Assembly (NCBI GenBank): GCA_000708835.1
Contig: DF237247.1
Coordinates: 45,021-109,020 of the forward strand
Reading direction: 5' to 3'
Source of the DNA: Klebsormidium nitens
Lineage: Eukaryota; Plantae; Klebsormidiophyceae
DNA: 64,000 nt
The notes below the pieces were generated by a model that saw nothing but the letters and a program-made list of their open reading frames with translations, was not told where the DNA came from and ran no database searches. The translations under genes were made by a program, and so were the position numbers. Below are positions 1-12,110 of the stretch, in pieces. Numbering within the stretch: position 1 is the first letter of the stretch; the number at the start of each line of letters is the position of its first letter.

Positions 1-51
1 AAGGTTGAAAGGAAGAAATTGTGCAAGCATCCACAAATCATTTTACAACAG

Positions 52-340
52 GTCTGAGACGAGCATCTTCTCAGGAAGCTACTGTGTTCTAACAGATCCC
101 CTAGGATCCGCATTTGCATCACAAGGTCTGAAAACCTTTGACACGCCAAGGTAAGGTTCTGCTTTAAGCACTCAAGTTGCAAAGCTGAGATTCAGGCGCT
201 CTTGCTTGACCACCTGCAGAACATTACAATACAAAATACCACCATATGGCTGGTGGCTTGGTACATCAATGATTCTGCGAGGACTTTGGATTCCAAAGCA
301 GGGATTGTTTAGGCACTTTGCAGCTAAAAGTATTCGTCCA
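52..340 (+). CDS. Probable upstream exons (52-150, 220-340) of the unknown gene at 774-8043, or of a gene starting before the window
   Basis: cag|...ag|gtaagg at 51/150 and ctgcag| at 219. Only one frame is open (SETSIFSGSYCVLTDPLGSAFASQGLKTFDTPR-TLQYKIPPYGWWLG...). Phases are compatible with joining to 774 through a weak donor at 341. Confidence 0.35.
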
Positions 341-773
341 GTGTGTTCGTGCGTTGGGGACAACACTTGCCTGGGCACTTCTGATTTGAATGGGAGGCAC
401 TGGTAGTTCAAGACAATGCAGCTTGTCAAGGTGTCGCAGTGAAAATTTCCATGAAAATATGAGGTGGAGGATTCCAAACATCATCGTTTGGCTCTTCTGA
501 TCCTGCAAGCAAGAGTTTTGTCCAGAATCAAAAAAGCAACTGGCGAGGATTGCGCCCAGATTATATCAGCATGACTGCATGTTCAAAATTTTAGATCAAA
601 CTAACAGCTACAACCACAGGCTGGGGTTCGATTCTACATCGATTAAAGACAATTCACACATGTCCAGTCATCAATGCGAAAATCACATAGCCGGCCGGGG
701 TCCGCTTCCATGTCAATGAAATTATCAACAATTCACCGCACTTCTGGGCCATCAAGTCGTCCGTCACGCGCAG

Positions 774-3700
774 ATGGGTCGTCCTTGTGAAGACCCCGAT
801 GCCGTAAGCAACGAGGACAACAACTTCAGGGCGGAGATGGTGGTTGCCTTCGCTCAAGCCCTTCGGGAAGCGGAAGCAGCCAGAGCGGTTGCCGCGTCGA
901 CCAAGTCTCCAACTACAATGGCTGCCGATGCCTACGAGAACCTCTGCTTTGACTTCCCCCTGGTCGACAAAGATGCGCTGGACGCGCTGGGACTCGTCAT
1001 CAAGTAAGTGCGCCCTAGTTTCTGAGAAGCCGTCTTCATGCATTCTAAAATTTTCTCTCGCTGGTCACCACCAAGGTGCTGTTCTGAAAACAGCGGCCTC
1101 TTTGCCTGCCTAGATTCGTACACTTCTGTCACCAAGCTGGCCCTACCGACGAGCTCATCATTGAGAAAGGGCTGTCCACCCGTCAGCTTCTGGTGTCGCC
1201 ATAGCTTTCTAGTTGTAAGATTCCAAAATTTCCATACACAAGCTAGGGAGGTGGTCAAGGCAATAAGGGAGTCTTTGGTATGTAAGGACTTTTAGCAGAA
1301 CCTGCATCTGGAGTGTATTGTGCACTGGAGGGGGACAACTTGGATGCAATCGGAGGTCCTGGCCCTGATTCCGCTGACGCATCTTCACTACAGGTCAAAT
1401 CTGGCTGTGACCGGCCGCATTTCCTTCCCAATCACCCCGCGCTTCGTTGCGGGCCTGAGGTAAGCAGCCGGCCAGCTTGCATGTATCAGTCCCCAAGTTG
1501 ATCAAACATTTGTCAAGGGGATAGATTCTGTGGCTCAACCAGTCATCTGTCGCTTCGTAGATGGTATAGTCAATCGACCGGCAGCTTGCCCTTCGTGCCA
1601 TTCCCCTCTGAACTTCCAATCACCAGAATGTCACGATCACCGAGCATAAAGAACGACGATGTCAAACTTCTCAAAAACAGCCTTCTGAGGAGGAATCTGA
1701 TTAGACTGTTGGCATCGCACATCGAGCAGGTCATGCAGTGTGTGCCATTTGCGGTGGTTATGCCCCTGGTTATGGCCTGACTGTGCCCTGGTTACGGCCC
1801 TGGTTATGCCCTGGTTACGGCCCTGGTTATGGCATGGTTAAGATCTAATCTCTTATCCTGCTTCTGCAGCCACTTGGCTCGGCCAGCAGCCCCCTCGCAA
1901 CTAGGAGAGGATGCCAATACACCCGGCAACGACTCTCAGGGCCAAGCCAAGGGGCCTGTTAGCGACCAGTCCATCGCACTCGCCACCATCCTCTGTAAGT
2001 GAGACCTGGGCCTGCTTTGATAAATACGAGCATTTGCTGCGCCAATTACATCGGGTCACTGAAAGGGCGGTGTATCCTTGTTGCTTCTCAAATGTCAAGT
2101 TGAGCGCTCACAAGCGACTTATCTGCAATATCCAAGCCACGGTCATGTCCTTGTCTGGCCGATGATTGCTCCCCCTCTACCCAGAGCTCTGCTTTTACTG
2201 TTGCTGCTAGCCTCCCTCTTCAAAGTTTTCCGCTGGAATCTGATGACCATGTTTCTTGGAACCCCTCAAACCGACGAGCAGGAAAGTCGCTGTTAGACTC
2301 TAGGCTGACATACAGTCACCCCCTCGTGGTCCTAGATTTGGCCACATTATACTCAAACAAGCTGCCTGCGACGGCTGGAGTTAGTTAAGGGGTTTATTTA
2401 CGTGCTTGGGTTGCGGTTTTCAGTCTTAGTTTCTTTGTGAAAGTTTAACTTCTTGCAACTCTTTCTGCATTTCAGCTCGCTTCTGCAGCTTATGTTGTAG
2501 TCGTACCGGCCACTGCTGTCACGGACGATGGCCAGGCCTTGCGTGCCCTCCTCGGGTTGGTCAAGATTAGTACGGCGCGGCTTATGTGAGCGGCGCGGCT
2601 ACGTCTCTGGGTCAGGAATCTGATTCAATTTGTGGTTCTCGTTTTTTCATAAGCTGACACTAACTTCATTTCTCGCTTTTACAGCCTGTGTACTCGTGGT
2701 GTCTCCTTCCCACGCGCTCGCCACTGCTCTTACGGACGACGGCGGAGCCTTGCGCGCATTGCTCGGAACGTACCGCTCGGCCGGCCCCACCGCTGGCGTC
2801 CCCCAAGAACTCGCCTCAGAGACTCTGACACAATCGAATGAAGCGGCCATCGATGAGGGTCACGATCAGCCTGACCCGCTGCCCGAGGATGGTGAGCTGC
2901 TTTCTCTTCCGGGTGGTTTCGCTTTCAGTTTGAGGCCGCAACCGCTCCCTACTCTTTCCATGGCTTCTCTGTAACTAGGGTGCATATCGGTTCGAAGTAG
3001 TGCGATCCTGAGCCAGCTCGCGTCCGCCCTCGTGGGTTTTGAAAGACTACGTTAAGGTTAAGGTTTAAGTCGGCTTGAAAAGCTGGAGTTAACCTGTTAA
3101 GATGGCACCTCGACCCCCAGTGTCATTTGGCGGACGCGGGCCGCCCCTGACGTTAAGTTCATGTCGAGTTGCATCAGTTCCACGGGCACAAGATGAATCC
3201 TGAATCTTGAATCAAGATGCTCTGCACCCATAGTCACCCTTGCCCGTCTGCCCGGCAGTAACCTATTTCAACCTGGCTATTTCTTGTGCAAAGCCGCACC
3301 GTTTGCGGCTGCTCGGCCTGCCAGCCGCAAGCCGGCGACACACGTTGCGTGTTTGCAAAGCTACTTTGCGGGGGCAACTGTATACGAACGGACAATCCTG
3401 TTTACTTGTAACACATTACGCTGTGTTTGAGGTCGAATATATCGTACATGGAACCTGATGCCATGATGTTGTTCTTCTTTGGCACTTGACCATTTTACCT
3501 TATGTTTGCAGACGACTCGGACTGGGAACCCCTGGAAGAGGGCCTGAGTGGTGCAAAACCCCCTTACCCGGACCCCTTGCTTCCCCCACCGGACGACGGC
3601 CGTGCCTTGACGTGGCAGGAGCTGATTGGTCGCCTGGCGGATCTCGCTTCTCACACACGCTACGAGGTAGGGACAAACCGTTGCACTTACTTTATGCCCC

Positions 3701-6700
3701 TAATCTGTAAAAGCCGGAGAAGGGGTAAAAAAGAAACAGTCAGCCTGCCACATCCGTAGAGACAAATCGTCGCACGGTTTTTATGCCCCTAATATGTAGA
3801 ACTGGGAGAAGGGGTTTTGAACAAAAACAGTCTGCCTGCCAAAGCCGCTGATGACAGACAGAAGTTCCAGTTGTAGTCAAAGCTCAGCTTCTTTTGTTTG
3901 TGAGCTTTGTCTTTGCGGCACGCCTGTACAATCCCTCTCGGCCGGGCGTGCGCTGACAAAGAATTTCTGCCAATGACAAGGCTCTTACTGTAGGATTCGC
4001 ATCGTGCAACTGAAGACCCGGTTACCTCTGCTCAAAAAAGCATTTTCGCTGGTGTCGACTCTTAAAAGCCCCCTCCTCAAGACCACTCGTCCAGTCAATG
4101 TCGGTCTTGTGTCAGGTCACGTTTCTGCCGGCACGTCCCCTTTCAAAGACCCGCATCGGACTCGTCCCGCACTTTCTGGCCTCTGAAGCTGGTCTCAGAA
4201 GGAATTCTGATTGCGAGTGCCTTCTTTGCAGGCCCTAAGTTGCAGCGCTGTCTGGACAGACCCCACTCTCCGCGTGGTGCCTTCCACCCTTGACCGGCTT
4301 GAAAACAGTCTATCCTTCCCGTCCTTATGCCAAAGCCTTTCCTTTGGCGGAACGCTTTTTTAAAGTGGATTTTTTTTTGTGGGCGAAACCCTCATTTTGG
4401 CGGACTTGTTTTCTGCAGGCCCTAAGTTGCAGCGCTGTCTGGACAGACCCCACTCTCCGCCTGGTGCCTTCTACCCTTGACCGGCTTGAAAACAGTCTAC
4501 CCTTCCCGTCCTTATGTCAAAGCCTTTCCTTTGGCGGAACGCTTTTCTGAAGCGGAATGATTTTCTGGGCGAAGTCCTCATTGTGGCGGACTTGTTTTCT
4601 GCAGGCCCTAATTTGCAGCGCTGTCTGGGCAGACCCCACTCTACGCCTGGTGCCTTCCATCCTGGACCTTCTAGCCGGCTTGCAAGCGTGCGGCCGGCAC
4701 CACGCAGTCGATGTCACCGCGGCAACACGGCCTTACCTTGCGCTTCTCGTTGATAGGTTGGCGGCAGACTCCGCAAACGGGGGCAGGTGAGGAGATTGAC
4801 ATCAGTGTTGGACCGATGATGTAGCTTGTGGACAGATACGTCGCTGCTTCATTAACGGCCGAATCTCGCGCTTCTTGTCGACAGACTGGCGGCAAACGTT
4901 GAAAGCTTGGAGCAGGTGAGGATTACCATACAGTGACATAGCTTATGGGCAGATGTGGAATTAAGGGATGTGGCGGCCACTACTCGGCCGCACTTCGCGC
5001 TTTGTTTTCGAAGGAAGGCCGCAAATTCGAAGGAAGGCCGCAAATCCTGGAAGCGGAGGCAGGTGAGGAGCACCTTACAGACGTTGCTTATGGAGAGTTG
5101 ACACCGTCGTGCCCTGAATCCAGACTTCGCTGACTCCCTCCTTCAGACCATTTTTCATTCTTTCTTCTTTTCATCGTCACGAGGCCCCAAGAAGGGCTCA
5201 AAACCGCTCTCCGCTAAGAGTACTGAGACACCACTGTTTTCTACCTCGTTGCAGCGACAGCATCGCCACCGTGGTGCCCCGAGTCTTGACCACGCTGACT
5301 TCCTCCCAGCCGGGGGATCCCTCCCTGGCCCCCGCCTTTCTGTCGTCTCTAGTTGCTCGCCTTGCGGCCCGCCCAACGGCGCACCCCCTGCTCTGGCCAG
5401 CGGTTCAGGAGGCGCTCCCTATGCTGGCAGCGCATGCGCAAACGGTGGGTCGTGCTTGACTGAACTTGGGTCTTGGCCCAATAAACTCGATAACGTGATG
5501 ACCTTCCGTGATCGCTGTTATGGACAAACAGAATTGGATGTCTCATTCACGGTGGGTCCTTTTCTGGACTCGGCGTTTCGGCCCGATAAATCAGCAGAAT
5601 GATAACATTCCGTGGTCGTTACTGTGGTCAGGTAGTTTCACTGTTCTGCTGCATCGAGACAAAGAACTGCGATCAAGGACTGAGGTCCTTATGCGTTACT
5701 AAACCCGAACTGGACCTGCCGTAGTGCAGAGAGTGATACTCAATTTCAGGACGTTAAGATACGGTTAGCTTGGAGCACTTGGGGAGTGCAGAGGGAATTT
5801 GGGCCAGAAGTGTAGCGCGGACATCATTGCGGAATCAGAATGAGAATGCGGAGGCTGGGTCTACGGCCACGACTGGCTGGCCGGGGTAGAGGCGCTCATG
5901 ATTGTGCTGACGTCACAAGCGGAGACAGCCCCAAGGAACACGTCGAATCTGGGTTCCAAAAATTTCCTCATTTGTGCCCGGCTGCTAAGCGCGTCCGAAG
6001 ATAGCTTGTACGACCGTTTACTTTGGGCTTACCAGGTACTTGGCACAAAGACGGAGCGTGCTCACGACTGGCTGGCCGAGGTAAAAAGAGCTCATAATCG
6101 TTCTATGGAAAGGTAGCCCCAAACAGAAAACTTCAAGTTGGGTTTCATTGGTGCCCCGGCTGATAAGCCCGTTTGAACAAAACTCATCTGACCGCCAAAC
6201 ATGATATCTAATCAGGTACTGGGCACAAAGACGGAGCGCGGTCACGACTGGCTAGCCGAAGTCGAGGCGGTGATGATTGTGCTGACTTTTTACGTGGAGG
6301 CAGCTCCCGGGAACGCCGATATCGGCCCGCCGTTACTGCAGGTGAGTGCGATGAGTCGGCACGAAACTTTCGTCTGGAAGCGTCACTTGTCACAGTTGAG
6401 GCTATTGTAGTCTTCAGGGATCCAGCGGTTGAGGTGCGCCAGACTTGCGCATGCCATCATATCAAGTACCCCTTCTTCAGCGCACCATCCAGATCGCGGA
6501 CCGTTGGGACTTCTGTCAAACTGGACAAGAGTTACAACCAAACTGTCTCCCTCTTTGCACTCTCTTGCCACGTGTCAACTTTCGTTTGGTCGGCTTGAAA
6601 TAAGAATCATCCTATATCGATTTCCACTGCAGAGTGGCCTCTTACGCGACTCCCTCGCGCTCTTCGCCGCCGCCGCTGCCGCCCCCCCCGCCGAGCAACT

Positions 6701-8043
6701 CCGTCGCTTCCTCCTTTTCGCCTGCGCGGCGTCCCCCGTGGTCGCCCGTTTCGCAGCCGCCGTACCCACCTTCTTGGCGACTACCACGTCGGAAGCGTTT
6801 CTAGACGCCCGCGGCCCCGCCAGTCTGCATGCCGCCATTTGGCCGCTCGTGCTGCCACGTGCGGCGACGAGTTTGGCGGGGGCGGAAGATCGCGCTGCGG
6901 CGCTTGTGCGCGAGCCGGCGCAGGCGTGGACTGGGGGCGAGGATCCGGGTAAGCCCGTTACGCTTTTCTTTGACCAATTAAATGGTGAGCAGGCAAGAAA
7001 GCCGAGGTTTTCAGAAACCCGCTTTAGGTGTTCCCAAAAAGTCAAGCTGGTCCTTGACTATTATTTTGTTTCGTGGGAAGTAGTTTGACGGACGTTCTGT
7101 CCTTTTGCTTGGGTTCGCCCGACCTTGAAGCCCCAATTATGCCGAACCATTCCCTAGAAGGTTTTCTTGTGTCTGTCTTGCTCGAAGAAAGGCGTGCCTA
7201 CGAGTGACTTCTATCTTTGCCGAGTAGCGACTCTCATTTCTCTTGAGTATGGATGGATGCGCCAGATTGGGACGCAACTTGGACTCAAGTTGATAGCCGA
7301 GGCGTGCCAGTCAGAGCATTGGAAACTAGTAAACCGAAGCTTGAAAAGTTGACGAAACAATACCTCAGCGAGAGAGAAACGGTGTTGCAATTCTTGCTGC
7401 AGATGCAATCATGCTGGCGGGCGCTCTGGGTCGGCTTCACCGCTTCCTGTCACTGCTGCAAAGCGTCGTGCGCGCGGCTCCGGCCAACCGCGCGGTGTGG
7501 ACAAAAGGCGGCCCCTTAGAGCACGCCTTGAAAGAATGCGCGGCAAGTTTGCGCTCCGCCAAAACTAGCACCGCCCAATCAAGCCCACCGCAATCGGCGG
7601 CCTTAAGAGAGTTCTCTGACGAGGCGACTTCGCCGGATGAGGGGACAATTGAAGCGGTTGGAAGCGCGCAGTTGACAGCCTTGAGAGAGTCGGTTAAGGA
7701 AGCGCCTTCGTCGAACGAGCCGGATGATCGAAGAACGGACGCGACCGTGATCGAAAGCACAATAGAGAGTCGGATACAAGAGGCGGCCCTTGGTATCGGT
7801 GGAGAAAGGCATGCGGAGGAAGGAAAGCCGGCTCAGATTGAGGAGGTCACGCCCGATCTCGATGGCGAGGTTCGAACGAAGGGAGGGAGCCGGCACGTGC
7901 GGTCTGCTGACCGGCAAGCGCCGGAAGTCGATAGGAGCACGGCGGAAGACAAAGTGCAAGAGCTGCTGCCTACTGTTCTCAAGCAGCTGAAAGAGATCTC
8001 GGATCACAGTAGGGGGGCCGGGGCGGTCGGTAAGAACGATTGA
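774..8043 (+). CDS. Multi-exon gene, about 808 aa, Leu/Ala-rich and probably alpha-helical, with an acidic disordered C-terminus; function not recognised
   Basis: Exons 774-1003, 1114-1192, 1299-1393, 1627-1737, 1870-1994, 2685-2891, 3512-3666, 4605-4756, 5255-5444, 6216-6341, 6633-6948, 7403-8043. All are GT-AG and phase-compatible, totalling 2427 nt with stop TGA at 8041-8043. The 1737 donor is weak and the true start may lie upstream. Confidence 0.7.
1755..1840. repeat. Short intronic tandem repeat, unit about cctggtta(t/c)gg
   Basis: About six imperfect copies of CCTGGTTAYG inside the 1738-1869 intron. Confidence 0.8.
4220..4680 (+). repeat. Three tandem ~187-bp units, each an acceptor plus the first part of exon 4605
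   Basis: tgcag|gccctaa(g/t)ttgcagcgctgtctgg recurs with exon-like starts at 4232, 4419 and 4605 (periods 187 and 186). Confidence 0.9.
5860..6290 (+). repeat. Three imperfect tandem copies of the 5' part of exon 6216
   Basis: cacgactggct(g/a)gccg motif at about 5868, 6062 and 6243; cag|gtact(t/g)ggcacaaagacggagcg at 6036 and 6216. Confidence 0.85.
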
Positions 8044-10694
8044 GGAAGGAGTCAGAAGGTCGGAAGCTTGCTCAGCGTCATCCACGGTTGCGTGTGACCT
8101 TCTCACCTCTGCATCTCATGAAAGCATCGCATGCCGTTACCAAACATGCACGCGGCAGCTGTGCTATGTTGGCTTTTGAGTACATAGGTTTTTATCAGCC
8201 TAGCCTTTCGTCGAGCAATGTATTGAAGACTTGCTAGGCTGCTTCACCTGTAACCCCTTTATTCGCTTGGCCTTTTGGCCTTCGCTGACTTGAACGAGAT
8301 CGATCTCGGCGAGGTCAGCGGCGCGGCTGGCTTGGCGACCGTCTGGGCGTTCTTTTTGTTTATGCCCGATCACTTAAGCCTGTAACTCTGCCAGAGGCCG
8401 GTTTGTCACATGAACTAATATTAAAAGCGACGGCGGCTCGAAGATTATATGCATGCGGGGCGGCCCGGGATCATTGTGGCATGACCACGTCGTATAAAAC
8501 ATTGACTGATCATTTATGGCCGCGCCCGGCTGCGCACATGCATGCATGTGATCGGGTGTACCGTACATCCGGACACGCACAGGCTGAAACGCGCGAGCCC
8601 CCTGGTGGCGCCAATGATATCTCACGTACATGCCTACACGAATGATGGATCGATAGATCAAATATGGCCGGTGCACTGGCATTCAGTGTCCGGCCAGAAC
8701 TGCATGATACGATGGCGCAATTGAATATGTTCATGACGTACACTCGAGAGCGGAAGAAGCCTTCTTCACTCAATTGAAGTGCAATCAGTGAATCACTTTT
8801 TCTTCGAAGAAACGTTTATGATCATAAACTTATTTCATAAACTTTATAAGAAGCAATTACGTTCTCTTTACGAACTTATAAGACTGAGCCTCTGTGAGTC
8901 AGGGCTTGGCGCAAGTGTTGCGAGTCAGATCGCGGCTCAGCTTAATTGGTTTAAGCTGAGCACATTATTTGGGAAGCTAGCACGTTCGCTCAGGCTTCCG
9001 AATGTACACTGCTAACTGATGACGGTCGATCTTCGATCAGCGACAAACCGTTTCTTAGTTGAATGTTTCGATCTATGATACTATAATTCTATAAATTATG
9101 GCAACTACAAGACCGCGTAAGGTTGAATCTCTTTTTACGATGCTTACATGCACGTCAGCTTTGACTTCTTAGAAAGCACCCTACATGGGGTCAACGTACT
9201 TACTTACGGACCGCGACTTGTTCCTTATGTACAACGGACATTAGGGCCGATTTGCAGTTTAGTCTCAATACGTATCCACCATTTCAATGGACCCTTCAAA
9301 TGCTAATTTGTGGAAAGCAATTGACAGATTAGGTTTTTTGCACGGAACCAGTTTGTACACATGCCTGACCATGACGCTAGCTTAACTTCAAAAAAGGTAG
9401 GCCTTCACGCCTTTCGTCCTGTGTACTCCCAATCGTCCTGCTTAGCCGATGCCTTCGGTTGGATTCAACGGTCCGGTCGACCCAAGCCTGGAAACCAGAA
9501 GATGGAAACGCTTAATATAAAGTAAACGGAAGATCATGGTGGTTCCCGTATAAGCGTTGGCTCGAACCTTTTCAGGGGAGTCAAAAAGCACAGAAGCATT
9601 AGTGTTTGATATGTCACCGAGCACCTTTAGACCGACGACAGCCTGTGATACATGATTATTGAGGAGTGTCGCTCGTCTGCCTCGGTCTAAGAGTTCGCTA
9701 TAATGTACAGAGAGTTTCAGTAAAAGTTCCGTCGTGATACATGAGAAGGATCAGAACGCATTCTGCTGTAGTGGCCTAATGCACGCCCCTTCGTCTGTCT
9801 CTCAAACCGGCCGAAATGTCCCATTTGATAAAACGGGAAAAGGTTTTGAAACGGAGGACTGGTTCTGGAGAAGCATAAGGTCAGAGCAAAAGCTTCGCGT
9901 TTTGACCAGAGGGTCCAGCAAGGTTTGAAAGCTCACTTTGTGCCGTTGGTAAATGGACGTCAGGGGCATTGGAGAAACGCCGAGCCCGAAGATCGAGTTG
10001 CTAACCAGCCAGGGAACCCACTTGTGGAGCGTGGACTGCAGTGGGTTTGTTAGCGGTTAACAGCGTCATCTTTTAAGGATGACCGGTTCTGTTTCTGGGC
10101 TCCTTTGATGGGTATAGAAGGCCAGCATTTGAAACGGCTGACCCTACTTGTGGGTTGAAGAGCGTCAGCGGCCTTTCAAAGCATGGCTGACGGCAGAATT
10201 ATGTTGCTATTCATTATTACTATTGAATGATTAAATTGAACAAAGTTGCCCAAGCTCTTGACACCACACTCTTGACACCGATCGAAGGACGGCTTCGAAA
10301 GCGCCCGATCAAGCACGAACGCCAGACAAGTCTACTGGTGCCTCCGGTATAGAAGAATGAAATGTTCAGAAGCCTGAGAAGATCATCTGCGCCAGAGAAA
10401 TAGCAATTCTAAGACAGCCAACAGCACGGAAAAGCAGCGCTACAACGCGCATGCTCTTCTGGAGATTCCATGTGACAAGCAACGTGAGGCAACAAATTGG
10501 GGAAAGCCAGTTGATTCGAGGATTAACCAGGGATCGTCATGTCCTATAACGATCATACTCCCCTACATGACAGCATGAAAAGAAACAAAGTAAGAAAGCT
10601 CATAATGCGCAGCCCACCTGCACTATGGTTCGTACGCTGCTCATAGCGTATAGGAAGTCGCTCGCCGCGTTTTGGGACTCGGAGAGGTCCACCA

Positions 10695-11420
10695 GGGCGT
10701 GGCCCTCAGGGACCCTTAGCGCGGAATAGCGCTCCAGCACGCCCGGTAGTTGCCCCGGTTCCTCCTGCAGAGAGCAGGATTCCGGTTCCGGTGGGCGGAA
10801 CAACAAACGGAACGCTACCGGAACGAAGTTGAAGCAACTTAGGGCGTGGCCCTCAGGGACCCGTAGCGCGGGAGAAGCGCTCCAGCACGCCCGGTAGTTG
10901 CCCCGGTTCCTCCTGCAGAGAGCAGGATTCCGGTTCCGTTTGGCGAAACAAAAAAACGGAACGCTACCGGAACGAAGTTTGAGCAATTTAGGACGTGGCC
11001 CTCAGGAACCAGCGCGGAGAAGCGCTCCAGCACGACCGGTAGTTGCCCCGGTTCCTCCTGCAAAGAGCAGAGTTCCGGTTCTGTGAGCGGAAGGACGACG
11101 AACGGAAAGGAAGCATTAGAACTGCGGTTCCGTTGGGCGGAACAACAAACGGAACGCTACCGGAACGCAGTTGGAGCAGATGACGACGTGGCCCTCAGGG
11201 ACCCTTAGCGCAGACCGGTGGTTGCCCCGGCTCTTCCTGCAGGCATTTAGAGTTGCGGTTCCGTTGAGCGGAAGGACAACGGAAAGACACCGGAGCAAAT
11301 TAACGGAGCGCGGCTTTTGGAGACCCGTAGCGCAGAGAAGCGCTCCAGCTCACCAGGTAGATACCCCGGCTCCTCCTGCAAAGATCAGAAGTGCGGTTCT
11401 GGTGGGCTGAAAAGCGACGA
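10695..11420 (-). repeat. Five tandem ~145-180-bp units, each an acceptor plus the 5' part of monooxygenase exon 10764
   Basis: Minus-strand (c/t)tgcag|gaggaaccggggcaactacc acceptors at plus coordinates 10765 (real), 10913, 11058, 11237 and 11376, with divergence increasing away from the real exon. Confidence 0.9.
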
Positions 11421-11554
11421 CCAGAATGCTACCGGAATGACAGGGGGGCAGCATTACAGAGCGCGGCTTTGTCCACGAGAGGCTGCCCAAGCGCGGCCGC
11501 GTCTTGCTTTCTTCGAAGGATGCGTAAATTGTTTACAACAAGCGATACGCAAGG

Positions 11555-12110
11555 CGCGTCGCTCTCCATGTGCGCGAGCAGCTGCGCGACTGCGGCCGGC
11601 GTGTCGAACAGCATCCCCTCAATTCAGAAGGTAGCGCGTTGCTCAGGTTTTCACAATGTCCACGAACGGGCGCGCTCGCGCGGCCGCGTCCGGCGTTCGT
11701 CCCTTCAAGCTGTCTTTAAAAGCGCAACAAAAGTGCGCCGCTGTAGTCCCACCAGTCCGCGAGCAGCCGCGCTCACGCGACCGCGTTCCGTGTTCAAAGG
11801 ATTCCTGTCGTCTGGAAGTACGCAGCCGCGTCCTGCGTTCGTCCCTCAAGCGCTTTGTGAGAAGGAACTAGTAAAACGTGCGTCGCTTTGGTTTCCCTCA
11901 TGCCCTTGTGCAGCATCCCTACGACAGGCGAAACAAAAGGGCGCCGCTCTAGTTCTCACCATGTCCACGAGCAGCTGCGCTCGTTCGGCTCCGTCCTGCG
12001 TCCTTCACTGTTCGCAAAGGATCGAAAGAAAAGGGCGTCGCTCTAGTTTTCACCATGTCCGCGAGCAGCTGCGCGAGCGCGGCCGCGTCCTGCATCCCGA
12101 TGTTGCAGCC
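11555..12110 (-). repeat. Four degenerate copies of the 3' end and donor of monooxygenase exon 12054
   Basis: Plus-strand caccatgtcc(g/a)cgagcagctgcgc-like motif at 12051 (real) and about 11957, 11748, 11651 and 11564. Confidence 0.75.

Noticed and set aside
10695-11420. CRISPR-like or satellite array
   Set aside because: Units are 145-180 bp degenerate copies of a monooxygenase intron/exon junction, with no short conserved repeat plus unique spacers.
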